Source: Auanema rhodensis
Lineage: Eukaryota; Animalia; Nematoda
DNA: 64,000 nt
Reading direction: 5' to 3'
NCBI GenBank assembly: GCA_964057225.1
Contig: OZ059897.1
Coordinates: forward strand, 14,260,001-14,324,000
Below the pieces are notes generated by a model that had not been told where the DNA came from, searched no databases, and saw only the letters and a program-made list of their open reading frames with translations. The position numbers and the translations under genes were made by a program. How positions within the stretch are numbered: the first letter of the stretch is position 1; each line of letters begins with the position of its first letter. Positions 24,401-38,083 of the stretch are shown one piece after another.

Positions 24401-27400
24401 CTGTACGTCGAACAGAAAGTTTTAACTCTGCACCCGGTGTTTTATCGGTATGTTCGTTCTATTTTCAATTATTTTTCAATTATTTTTCTTTTTCTATTAA
24501 TTAGTATGTTTCAGCACGGAAACTATGCTACACTGCAACGTCCTTCAACTGCTGCTTCACCTGGAGATGAGGATCGTTTGAAACATCAGCAGAACCTTCT
24601 GTCTCGTTCACTTTGCTCTCCTGTCCTTTCTCGTCCATTACGAACAATTGACAACAAAAGTAATTCGTTGCCTCGACGAAGGGCTATTTCTGGTATGCTT
24701 ACTAAGTCTAATCTCTTGTGAAACGTTGATTCTTCAGGTCCACGTAATGTGAAATGGAGGACGGATGTCATCGGATCTGACATTTACGGAGAAGATGATG
24801 GAGCCACCTCGGCACCAGAATATTCCCCAAGTCCAGTGTTTGGCCACGGACGGCAACCGCGTAAGTTTCAATTTCCTTTTTTGAAAATTAGGTTATTTGG
24901 TCGAGAAAGAGAGATGCTTTAGAGACTTTGTCCTAGAGATCGAGTTAGGTAATAGAAAAAGTTATACTAACTTTTTAAAATAGGGAGTTTTTTTCATTTC
25001 CAAAAAAAATTTGAAAGACTAATATTTTAAATAAAAGAAAAAAAGAATTCTAATTTCTTCTTTCAAACTGAAAACATTTTGATAATTTGCAATAGTTTCA
25101 GATCAGTATCAACGATCTTTGAGTAGTTGTGGCCGAACAGTAAATGAAATTTTTTCTGCTGCTGAGTATAGGAATTGGGCAACTCCTGGTGATATTCGAG
25201 GAGCACGAGGAAATCGGTAAACTTTTCCACTTTTGTTTAATAAAAAAGTTTTTCTTAATCTTATGCTCAATCTATGTTTTAAAATTTAAATATAATCTAT
25301 ATTAGCTATTACATGTTCATTGTTGTTTCAGATGGTCTCATACATATGGAGAACAAAGAGGACCACGATCATCTTCTTTACCTGGCCGTAATCTAATCAC
25401 ACAGGTAATATAATATTTTTCTATGTATTATAATTCATAATATTTCAATTATTCAGTCGTTGGTTGGATCACCAGTTATACCAAGAAATGCTGCTGGAAT
25501 ACAACAACAATTCTATCAGGATAGGCCATCACATATATTTGATAGATATCATGTTTCACCACTTATGAATAGGTACTTTTAGTTTAATTTATATTTTAAA
25601 TAATAATATTTATTAAATTATTAAAAATATATGTATATTACTTGATTTTTGAAGGAGAGCACCCTTACGAACTGCAGGGCCTGGAATTAATGTCGATCGT
25701 CTTAATGTTACTAGTTTATCAGGAATTTTATTTGTTCAGGTTGATGAGAATATCTAAATATCTATTTAAATATTTTTTTATAGATTATTGAAGGTAAAGG
25801 TTTGAGAATACCAGAAAAAGAGAAAGAAAGAACAGAAGAAATGTATTGTGTTCTTGAAGTTAATGATCAACATAGGTATTTGAATATTTATCATATTTTA
25901 TTTTAAATTTTGAAAATACTTAAGAGCCCGAACTGGAGTTACAAGAGAAATACAAAGAGAAGATCGGTATAGATGGAGGGAAACTTTTCATATTGATGTT
26001 TATGAAGCTACTATTCTGCAATTTTATATATATTCATGGCATCCACAGTACAGGTTTGAGCTTAAAATTCAACATAATTATACTCATATTGATGTTATTT
26101 AGACATAAATTATGGTTTCGTGGGTCTCTTCGATTATTAGATAAATTTATTGCTGATCATTTAACTGGTGATCGCATGTTTTCACTAAATCTAGAACCGA
26201 GAGGTCAGATACATGTTCGAGTTGGATATCATGATTTGATTTCTATATTTCGCCGAACAATTAGTGCTCGTGTTGATAGGTAAATATCTTCTTCTTTTTA
26301 TTAAAAACTTAATTAATTTTCTTTTTTTCAGTGTTTTTAGTGTATCTTTAAATCGATTATTACAACGAGAAGGTAGAGAAACTCCAATAGTTTTAACAAG
26401 GTTAATTCATGAGCTTGATCGTCGAGGACTTGACTATGTCGGGCTGTATATTTGTGAGTTTCACTTCCATTCAAAGATTTTTAGCTTGAAAGTTGCAATT
26501 ATCTATTAAATCATTGGTTATAGTATGTGGTGCTGTGGAAAAGAAGCAAATGCTTCGAGAAGATCTGGAACGAAATCCATTGGGTACGGATTTGTCTCCT
26601 GATTCTATGCCCGATACCAATGTACTCGCTTGTTTGGTCAAGGTAATAAAATCGAAAATTCGAAAAACAACTGGTTTATTTATAGGATTTCCTTCGTGAG
26701 CTACCAGAACCTATTATTTCATCTCAAATTGAATCAATGCTGTGTGATGCTTCCGTAGTTGCACCACCGAATGATGTTCAGGGTAGCCGGCAGCTTATTT
26801 TCCGGGTTATTGACTGCTTATCCACACAGAATAGGGTAAGTTCAAACTAAAGTTTTCAATTAAGCCCATATTTTGACGTCAAAAACGTCGAAATTCATAT
26901 ATGTTTATGTATACATAGACGTCGGAAAGATGTGTATTTTGATGAGTTTTTAACGCACGAACTACTTTTCTCTCTTTTATTACATCATTGTATTTCAGAA
27001 ATGTCTTATGCTCGTATTAGATCATTTAGTTCAAGTTCTATCTAAATCACCACATAATGGTATGACTGTGTTAAAACTTTCTATTGTAAGTTTATTCTTC
27101 TTCTTCATTTTTAAATGCATATGAATATACATATACTATTATAATTATAATTATTAAATATTCTTTTTCTTTTAGATTTTTGGTCCTTTATTGGTTTGTA
27201 CTTCGGAGAGTCAACCAGCTCATCTTCCAACTCAATATGGAATGAATTCTCCTAGTACTGGACTGATGCCTTCTCTCGACTCTAATCGAGCAGCTAAAGC
27301 TCTCCAATTACTATTGGAACATTGGCCAAGCAGAGTTAGTGAGTTATTTACTTTCTCTTTCAATCATAAACTTCTATGTTTCAAAAATAACCTTTTCTCT

Positions 27401-27526
27401 ATATATTCTGTTATTCATTTGCATAACCTTTTATCTTTAGACGGTTTCGACAGCGACAGTGAATCCCCAACTTATGCATTAACAGCAGCTCCAGCTACAA
27501 GCCGAATATCCGAATCCCAGTGCTGA
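18415..27526 (+). CDS. syd-1: SYD-1 synaptic active-zone protein (PDZ, C2, RhoGAP-like)
   Basis: First exon 18415-18555 (...[18 protein letters not shown]), then [36 protein letters not shown]: [22 protein letters not shown]...[37 protein letters not shown]2: [22 protein letters not shown]. RhoGAP: [19 protein letters not shown]-terminus ESQC*. Matches C. elegans SYD-1 as I recall it. Confidence 0.93.
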
Positions 27527-30500
27527 TTGACATATTACGGAAAACTTAGCCATATATTTTTGCAACATCAATTCCCCTTCAATTAATTCTTTCAACATCA
27601 CTTTTAATTATTCCTCTCAATTCTTCAACATCTTCAGTGAGAAAAATTATATTTTAATCAATCAAAAGTAAAAAAACTTTTGTTTTCATTATGTTTTCGT
27701 ATTATGTACCATTGTTTTGATCTTTAATTTGTTCTTACTCATCCGTCCTTCTCACTCTGAGAGTACAGAGTTCGCACAGCATCATGGTCATTTTTTTACA
27801 TTTGGGGCTTTCTCCGTTGCAATAGGTACTTAAGCTATAGCCTATGTATTCTGTAAATATTGTTTTTGGAAAACAAAGAACTAATATTTATATATATTAT
27901 TATTATTAATAATAATATTAATTATGATATTAGCATCCATAAGATGATTTAGGAGTCATGTATTGAATACGCTCCACAAATGCTCAGTTTGTTGTTTCGT
28001 TTGCATTTTTATAGCTTTTCACATTTTTTGCCAAACCACATTCCAGTCACTGTTGTGATATCATAATATATTGTTATGAAGCCTATTAATTATTTCAAGA
28101 GTTATAAAACTGTTTAATTTAATTTTTTTATTGTTTTAGTTGAGAAAATCAGAAAGCAAAAGATTCTATATTTTTAATGGTTATACAACTGTTTCAAAAA
28201 TCGAAAAAAAAAGGTGAAATATACTATGTACGTGTATAATTAAATTTAAACATGTTACATTTCTCAATTATTTATTTTTAGATTGTTTATTATTTGAAAT
28301 ATTATCTTGATGAAGTTTAAAGTTTTTTTTTAAATATGCAGGTTTTCTCAGGTACACATGCATGTATCACATACTTCATATTTTCCATTTCAGCTAATTA
28401 TCGATATATTAATCTTTAGTTTAAGTTAAATTATGATTCAGATTAAATTTGATTATAAATTTATTTTTTTCAACAATATAATCATTAATTTTATAATTAA
28501 TTTCATAGTTTTTATGATAAATAAATTAAATGTACACAGCAGATAATTATAAGAAATGAGTAATGATGTAAAAATTGATATAGTGGTTATGCAGTTGCAG
28601 ATGATTTATTTTATTTATTTATGGCAAGAAATCAAAAATCTTTGTATTTTTTAAAATATTTGTGAAAAAAAATAAAAACAATAAAGAAGATCAGGTTTTC
28701 AAATAGAAATTGAAGATTTTTTATTTAAATAAATCAAATGAAAAACATATAATTTATCATTGATTCTTAGTAGTATTCGCAAATAAAATGGAAAAAAATT
28801 TTTGATTGAAATTTAACATAATTTTTGTTTTTATTATTACTTATATTACAAAAAAAAATTAATAAACTCATATATTTGATATAATTATATGAAAATATTT
28901 ATCTTTATTACTTTTTAGAATTAAAAAAAAAGAAAAGAAAGGAAAACAATAACGAAATCGGTTAAAAGATTGTTGCGGCGTCATTTCCTCACGACCTTGT
29001 GCCAACGGTAGAAGAATTTTCAAGATTTCTTTAGCAATTTCTTTGTATGCTATAACCAAGTTGCATTATAGTTCAATCATCTTTGGATTTATAACGATCT
29101 ATTCTCTTATCCAACCTACACTCTATCTTAATCATTACGTTTAGCCAACAAGATAATGTGTTGATGAAGATAATTTTGTCTATTTATCATAAAAGGTGAC
29201 TTTCTCTAATTTTCTCTTTAAATTCTCAACTCAAATGTCTTGTTCCTTTTTCTATAATTGAAGATCGAAACTATTGTTTATCTTATAAATCTTCAATCAA
29301 TAGTCTTTGATTTTGTAACATTTTGATGAAAAGATATATCCCATTATAATTTTTTTTCAATTTCAAATATTTCAATGTTATTTATATAAATATTAATTTA
29401 TTAATTTTCTTTATTAATTTTTGAAAAGATGTATTTATATTTCTATCTTTTCTATATCTTTATGAATATTGAAAAAAAAATTATTTCGGAAGCATATCAG
29501 CATGAATTATCATTATTCTGGATTTTCTTCTTTTTTTTTTCTTCTTTCATCCAGTACTTGATAAAGAAAAAAACTTTTTGTTCATTGAAATGCTGAGATT
29601 TCAATTGAAATTACCTTTTCGGGATGTTGCAATAGATTGAAAGAATTCTTATAATACGAACAAGTGGTCATGTACTTATATAAGCATTTGATATATATAG
29701 ATGATGATGAAAGTTTTCTATATGTTCGTTGTCAACCAAAATATAAGAAGTGAAACGATTTGTTGTGATCAATGAAATTAGATAAAGAGGGAAAATGATA
29801 AAACAAGGGACAATCATGTTAGAGAAAAGGTCTTCAGAAGAGAAATGATGGCGTTTATGTTGGTTGGAAGCGAATTGGGGCACTCTGCGGGCATGGAATC
29901 GAATCGAATATCTATTGACTAGAAAAAGTCCTTCTCTAAAATTGAAATAAAATTTTTTTTCACTAATTTTCAATAAAAAGAATTATTAATTTTGATAAAA
30001 AAAATATATTTAAGCAAAAATGTTAGCTTAAAGGGTGTTAAGTTTCAGTAGACAAGCATCACATTCCAGATTTTATTCGTAGAAAAAGTTTGAAGACCTA
30101 TCGTTATTCCCAATTAAACCCCGTCCTGTATTTTTCTGATGCTATCTCTGCTTGAAAACTTTATCCATTCTTTTCGTTATTCATATGCTTCTCCCTGTTC
30201 ATGACCAATCATCACACATGGAGCATTCAAAATTTTAAGAGATATATAGAGAGAGAGGGGAAGGAAGATGCTAAGTTGAAGAGATATATTCAAGAAAATA
30301 TAGACAATTCGAGGACAAAAAGGTTAAGAGAAGACAGAGAGAAAGGCGGCCCATCGTCAAATCCTCCCCTTCTCTCGCTTACCGTTGTCTCGCCTTTTAA
30401 CCCAGGTCTTCGTTTTAACTTCTTCGTTGTCATCGTCATCTTCTTTATCATTTTCTCGTCGTTGTCATCTTCATCATCTGCATGTCTTCTATATCTTCTT

Positions 30501-32870
30501 TCTACACGTTCTAATCATTTATTCTTACATGGATATCCGCTTTTTCATCATTTGCAATCAGAAAAACAGACGGTACAAGGACCAGTTCAGCAAAAACCCA
30601 AAGTTTTTGTTGAAATTTTATACCCCATCTCTCTTTCTCTCAGTATATGAAACTCTTTTTCAGTATTTATTTAACAAAAGTTTACACCTTTTCATTCATC
30701 GGTCTCAGAAATTACGGTTGATGTTCCTTGTATCAGCCAGGAGCTGCTTTTTTGATTTTTCCTTCACATGGCATGATGTCATTGTTCATTAAACTCTCTA
30801 TCTCTTAAGTCAAACCTACTCAGTAGATTATAAATCAACAATCTTTCACGAACTGACTTCTGATGCCATAAAATAAAAATATCATAAAAACAAACGGAAA
30901 TTTGTTGGATGACTGGTCCGTATATTCGTCGGACGTTAGCAGATAGACGGACGTCTGAAGTCCGGTCTGGGTCGATATGTGCCAGTAGTGACCTTGTGCC
31001 TTTGAATGTCCACACAGTTGCCCCCTTTCCGTTGTACATAGCAGTGTGCACGTCAGTATGTCTACCTCTATTGGTTACATAGCCATAGATGAAGAGATCA
31101 GACCTACATAATACACGTACCGACAAGCTAAATGAATGTGGCTAAGACTGGTGAAAAGTTGTTAATAAACTGACTGCAGCAGCCGGCTGAATATAATCTC
31201 ATTTGACATAGACATATCACACCTGTTTCTCGTTATTTCAATCGTTTCAAAACGTCCAACTTAACTCCTTGTTTGACAGGTTTGATATATCGTCAGATTG
31301 TTGCACCTCCTGAATTCCATTTTCATTTTTGTGTCAATTAGACGTTTCATCCCGGCGGGTTTCACGTTATGAAAGCTTGAAAAAGCGAATCTGACTGTTT
31401 GACCTACTGACGAGTGTCACAGCCATGAGGCAAGTTCGTTTTCCGTTTATTTACGGAATTTGTCTCATTATCTCTCTCAATCTCAACCCCTCCCATGTTA
31501 TTGTTTTTATTTAAAGATATTGTATGAGATTTTCGATTTCTAACTAACCTCACTTAACTAATCTATACAACTAATCATCGTTCCTACTATACATGATTAG
31601 CCATCAACTGATTATCATAGTGATACAACAGTTTACCAGCATGCTGATCACGAGACGTCATTAAGTTTCTCAAAATCTTCTTCTCAACACTGGCGTCAGC
31701 TAGTCCTATGGTCATGAAATCCATTTAATGGGAATTCAAACAATTCTATTTATTTGCTTCGTTGCTTCTCCGGTATTTTGTTCGTACTTTTCAAGTATTT
31801 CTCTATAACATCTACATAATCATTCAAGTTAAAGTTTCTGCCAAATAAAGTCTTTATTGGACGAATAACATGCGTGTGCTTTTCGCTTACAAATAAAGAC
31901 AATCTTTCACTTTTTTATTTTGGCGAACTTCTTGCAAAACTTCCTTCTATTTTCTTGCAACTCATACTCTCGTTTTCCTTCTTATACAAACTATTAATAG
32001 TAAAAGAATATGTATATAAAGCAATAAACCTGTAAATGACTAATCACTGTTTTTTCTTCAAAACTCTTTTTCTATTTTAAAAACAATTTCATTCAAGGCT
32101 CTTAAATGTTTAAGTGTTAATAAAGCTATTTGAATCAAATGTTCAACTCGATTTAATTTTTTTTTGTGAATATCTATGTATGAAGCCAGTTTGATTCAAT
32201 TCATTAGATAAACTAACAATGTTGCCAGCAATCTTTGAGAGATAATTTTTTTAAATTTTCTCTATTAATCATAAACATAAATAAAATTCTTTTTTTTTAT
32301 AATTATTTCTATAACTAATTAAAAAATGATCAATTTATACTAAAATAGAATATAAAAGACATTAGACGTACAAATCTCTCATAAATGACGTTTGTTTTTG
32401 AAATAAAATCATAAAATATTCTTGATTTCCTCTAAAAATAATATAATAAATTATTCAAATTTTACAGTTAAAAATAATGTGTATTTACTTTTTTTGAACT
32501 TAAAATGTAATAAAAGTATTCCAGTTTGAGATAGTTTCATATTTCTTATATTTTCTTATACATTATTATAAAATATTTTTTTTATTGACGTTGTGCCTTT
32601 TTAATAATTTCAGCCTTGCCCTCATATTCGATATTGTCTAATTACTGTTACCTACCTTGATTCTCGAGTTTCAATTCTTCTATGGCCTTTCCGACACTTC
32701 GTGTACTTTTTACTTACTTACCTTGTTTGGAAAATTACCTTAACAACTATAAGCCAATATGAATTGGTTTAGAGTTCTACAGCCACTCCTGACCCCGGCT
32801 GTCCTTTCATAATAACCGTCCCAAGTAGTCCAAGGTTTTCATTTCTCTCTTACTCCTCACTCACTCAATT

Positions 32871-32905
32871 TCTCTCTCTCGCCCCCTCTCTCTCTCTCTC
32901 TCTCT
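32871..32905. repeat. (CT)n microsatellite
   Basis: Interrupted CT run, seen directly. Confidence 0.85.
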
Positions 32906-33016
32906 ATTCTTTCTTTTTCTTTCTCTCTGTCTCTAGTCGGTCTATGTCGGTAGAGACCAATACCCCCACTCCCAGCTAGAATGGTCATTCGTGAGATACA
33001 TCATTGGATATATCAG

Positions 33017-33093
33017 GGTTATAACCTATATGATCTCATATTTGATCATGAATATAGTTCTAATTCTAATTCATATAGATCATAAAGTTTAAC
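33017..33093 (-). ncRNA. Candidate bantam/miR-58-80-family pre-miRNA hairpin
   Basis: The minus-strand 3p arm UGAGAUCAUAUAGGUUAUAACC (seed GAGAUCA) pairs over about 17 bp with the 5p arm GUUAAACUUUAUGAUCU. The terminal loop is unusually long. Confidence 0.25.
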
Positions 33094-36000
33094 TTGGTTA
33101 AAGCAAGTTGAAACATGACTCATACTATCTTTCTCTTTTCATTTACACCACAAGTTTCTATCAAACATTGTTCGATTCTTGAAACTCATCTTCTCTTCTT
33201 CTTTCTCTTTCTCCTTTCTATTTCAAACAACTTCTTCTTGGTCATTTTCCATTGTTTTTTCTCGCAATTGATACAAGCTCTGTACAAAAAACGGAAAAGG
33301 ACAATCAAAGAAGATGGCTGAATCAAGCGAGATCAACCCATGGGCAAGTTGTATATTTCATTGACCATGGAATTATCTGGTTTGTCTTCTCTCTCTATTC
33401 AGACATTCATCGACCTCTTTCTGGCACTTATCCAGGCTTTTCGCTTTCTATCCATCTACCCTCAAACTTCATTTTTTCTTTATAAGCATCGCAGTTTTTT
33501 TGTAAAGTTTTTAATTCAAACTTGTTATCCATTTCTCAAGGATATTTGCACAATTTTCATCTCATCTACATTATTCTTACATTCCGAGAAGCTGTCTAAC
33601 TGTATCTCTTGGTCCGATTTCCAATTTTTGTTCCCACCATTGATCGTGAACTGAAGTCATTCTTCAATGTAGCAGATGATACGATGAATCTATCAATCCT
33701 ACAGTTTCTATGTATCCCATTCACGCTCTTACAATCCACTCTCTAACCCCCCCCCCCCACCTCTCACTTAACTGTAGCAGCCGTCAAAAATCCGAAAATG
33801 TCGGAAAAAGGAAAAACCCATTGCTTAACCCGATAATAATCCAGGTATTATTACTACTGAATTTTTTTCGTCACTTTCTTTTTAATTGAACTATATAAAC
33901 TCTAAATGTATCTAATTAATTACTCTTCATTATATATTGAATGATACATGTATGTGCCTTTTAGACATTGTTTAAAGTATTTTTTACCTAACTATATTTA
34001 GGTAATTGATGAGGAAAACTATTCACTTTTTCTTCATAAAACAACTTTTTCATTTTATTCTCTGATTTAGCAATGTAAGTGAGTGTAAAAAAAATTCTTT
34101 ACTATACTCTTTACTTATATATATATCTTAATTATTTTATTCTCAGTCTATAGATAGAAATAGTAAGTTTGTTAATGATCCGTGATCTTATCTATTATTA
34201 GATTTTGACATGTTTTCCTCTTTTTTATTTTGCAACGACAATTCATAACATTGTTTCTATTCAATCACAATCTTCACATCTGATCATTACTTTTATAATA
34301 AATATCTGAGAGTTCTATGTAGTAAGGATCATATTCCATTTTTTTACCAATTCTCTTCCTGGCCTCATCGTTCAACCAACATGCGCTATCGTCAACCATT
34401 CTCTTGTGTTCTGTTTTTACGTTGACAAGTCGAGAGATTCGCATCTAATCAAGTCGACAAATCACGAAAAATTTTTGAATCTGGATGAATCCCTTTTGCC
34501 CCAATCGTCCGTTGTTGCCCATCAGCCCAGTAAATGATACTTCAGCGCGCAGCTGCAGAGCAAGCCCTCATACGTCATATGTGTATATAAAAATTTTTTT
34601 AAAAACAATATCAATAGATTGAATGAAATTGAAATAGTGTAATACATATTTGGATATGTTAAGCATTTTGTCATTACATTGTTGTGCAGAATCAGGATGC
34701 ACTTGAAAAAATATAAACGTATGTAAGTTTTCATCATTTAAAGGCCTGTATAATATCTTCAAATATCATCAGACTTGTTGAGCTGCCTGTACCTGTTACT
34801 CACACAGTCCCTGTACCCCACCTGTTCTCTCTCTCTCTCTCTCTCTCTTTCTATTACTCTTTTTCATTACATACTTCCCTCCCATTAACATTTTCTCAAG
34901 TTTTTAATTTTGTTACAAATGCCCTTTACCGATTATTTGATCTAAAAGATGAGCACCTTTGCTCTATAACTAACACATACTAGGGCAATTGTCAGCTATA
35001 ACAGTTAAATATAATGGAACCATAACAACAGTTATCATTAGTAGTAGATCGTATTTCTCATTAAATTACATAAAGCCAAACAAGGAATAGAAACGGAAGA
35101 GAAAAAACAAGTCCATTTTATCACTGTCACTTCCATTGTCTTCATTGAATATGTATGTACAACTGCAGCTTGACCACCTATATTTCAAGTCATTCACATT
35201 CAAACATATTTTTTCAATGATATTTAGAAAATGCGTCAGATGAGTCAGAGCAACATAATATGAACAATGTGACGTTGACATACTCTTCTGACTTCTCTTT
35301 TGTCTTCTACTTCTTCTATCCGTTCTTCTGTAAATCCTGAACGTCGTTTTTCGATTTTGTTTTAAATTCATCAGATATGTGATCGATACAATCGGACCTT
35401 AAAGGCTGGTTTTATTTCATTGCAATCGGGAGTAGCCGATTGAAAGCTTTAATTCTCTTTGCATACCTTGCTTCCATCTATGTTTTTCGTCAATGCAGAC
35501 ATTTCCCTTGCAAGTTCAATAAACATCTCCAGGATATTTCTTTTATTTATATTTTAAATATTATTAAAGTATTGAATACTATATGAATATAAGAAAATTC
35601 CATATAAAGCTGATTCTGTTCTAAACTTTTCATGAAGAACCGACATTCCTCGTTTTCCACTTAATTTTTTTAATCTTTAGTTTAATTTTCTCAATGTTCT
35701 TTTATAATATCTTTTTATAACTTAAACTTTAAAGACATTTTCAATGAATATTTCTTTCTAACGAAAATGAAAGAATTTATCATGATTAGGAAAGGGAGCA
35801 AGAATCAAATTTTATAGATTCCCTATTACGTTAAACTTTTCACGTCATAATACGACGTAACACTAGTAACACCCGCTAGATCAGTTTTGTAATAAACGGC
35901 ATGATGAGCGGTTGTGTTTTTTATTTTTTTTTTCGACGTACTTCCTGAATGAAATGATCTCTGTATCTCCCGTTATCCGGCTTCATTGATACTCTTATTA

Positions 36001-37255
36001 TTTTTGTTAATAATAAAAATAATTTAAATTATAAATACTATACATATATAATAATATTATTATTATTATTTTCTGTTGGTAAAAAGTAGGCGTTTTCGTC
36101 TATTTTCTCAAGCAGTTTTTTGAATAACCATATCATGAATAGATATCAAAAAAATATGTTCTCGAACAAAGAACTCATCACATACGAGCATTGCAACTTC
36201 ATGTTTCTTTTTTAAAAGACAGATTGTCAGTTAGATAATCACAAGAACACCAATTGGAATAGACCAATACATAGAGTTAATGATGTAGATGATGAAAAAA
36301 CTTGCTTTACTTATTTGTTTCGTCTTTATGATTTCCGTTATCTCAGACTGATCTAATATTTTCTTGCTCCCACCTCCACACACCCACCTTACTTTCATTT
36401 CGTCCAAATTGTACTTTTTATCGTATCGACCACCCAATTTATACATGTAAGTTCAAATATCATAATACAGTATATACTATATATGTAATAGATAGACTGT
36501 GTACATACCTATTATGTATAAATTTTGTCTCCACCCCATACGAGAATTACGATAACATAACGAACAAATTTCCATTAATCCAACAACGCATCCCACAAAA
36601 CACTAGACGTCCTCTTTTTTTATTCTTCAATATGATTCTTTGTATTGCCACAGATACATTCTGAACATTTTCCCCGCAAAAGTCAAGTTTCTCATTATTT
36701 TTTCATCAAAAAATTAAAATAACAATTTTCTACTTTCATAAATACATTTTGTTTATGAAATCGTTTCATCAACTTTTTCATCCGAAATTTCCACCACTTT
36801 CAAATCATTTTGAATTTCCTCAAATGTATTTTTTAATCAAGATGTATTTAGTAATTTGCAGTTCAAACATGTATTCATTAGACAAAAAATGTTATAAAAA
36901 CTGCTACTCATAAACTCGAAGTAAAAAATTGCGAAACCAACATCGCTTTCAAAGAATATGAATTCATTCTAATAAGTAACAAGCTTCAAACTATAACATC
37001 CAGTGAAGCTACTTGAAGTGTCAGTATACATAACGGATTTCATATGTTACGATATTTTTCGCAACAATCCTTCGTATCGTCTTCTTACGATTTAAACCAG
37101 ATTTTTTTTCTATTTGTTCTTATTTTCTTCATTTGACTGTAGTACATTACATAGTTGGTTTTGAATTGTATAACTGAGACGGTGTCTGCAGACGTGCTTC
37201 CAGCTTCAACCGGCTTCTGGAGGACACTGATTCTGAGCGCAATCATCATATTTAT

Positions 37256-37307
37256 GTGGCACTAGATATGGTGTGAAGCACATTCACACCTGATCTAGAG
37301 CTGCCAT
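37256..37307. ncRNA. Candidate pre-miRNA-like hairpin
   Basis: GTGGCA-CTAGAT-AT-GGTGTGAA [GCACA] TTCACACC-TG-ATCTAG-AGC-TGCCAT gives about 20 bp in a GC-balanced stem within AT-rich intergenic DNA. Confidence 0.35.
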
Positions 37308-38083
37308 CTTACACCAAGCTACATCCAAGTTGCTGAAGCTAAACGATTTTCCAACATCTTGATATATTATATAATATTTACAATTTGCTGTAAATATTAT
37401 GTTATATACTATTAGCAAACTTATTACTATATATATATATATATAATATCCTAGTGTTTCTAGCTCACTTACAAGCTTTTGTGATACGTAATGAACACGA
37501 AAAAAGAAAAGATTTAAGGAAATGCTAAAGATAAAACAAACCGAATCGTTTATGTCAAGAACTTGTTATATCATATACTTTCTTAATTATGACTTCAAAC
37601 ATAACCATTTTATCATCTTCTTTCTTATAGACAATACTGCTTCTCCATATACGTATACATGTACCTCTTCTTCTTCTTCTTCTTCTTTTTCTTTCTTCAT
37701 TAGATACAAATAATGTCTTTGTTCAACTTTTCTCTAAATCTCAGCTAAAACTGTATTCTACTGACAGTTGGTTACCCTCTTCTACTATATCATTACTTTC
37801 TTAAACCCTTCTAGGAAACAGAGAATAGGAGAAAGAAGGCTTGTTTGTTGTTGAAAAACTGGTTGATTAGTACTTGATTGGGTATCAGATCTTTGCTATC
37901 AGATCACACAAATTATTTCATCTTGAACGACTTTATTATTTTTTTCTCATCAAGCTCTTCATTCTTTATACAGATGTACAAACTTCCTGATGTTATAATC
38001 CTTTTTATGTTCGTCATATACTTGTTGTCTCTTTGCTCAATCTTATCAAAATTGAACTTATTAAATTCTATAGTTTCAGAGCT

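Noticed and set aside
30201-31126. ORFs of 115-149 aa in the gene-poor interval
   Set aside because: Composition reflects purine and pyrimidine tracts, with no domain or exon structure.
34421-34493. Hairpin plus AATTTTTGA, like an SmY/SL RNA
   Set aside because: Stems are weak, there is no SL leader sequence, and the Sm-like word is common in AT-rich DNA.
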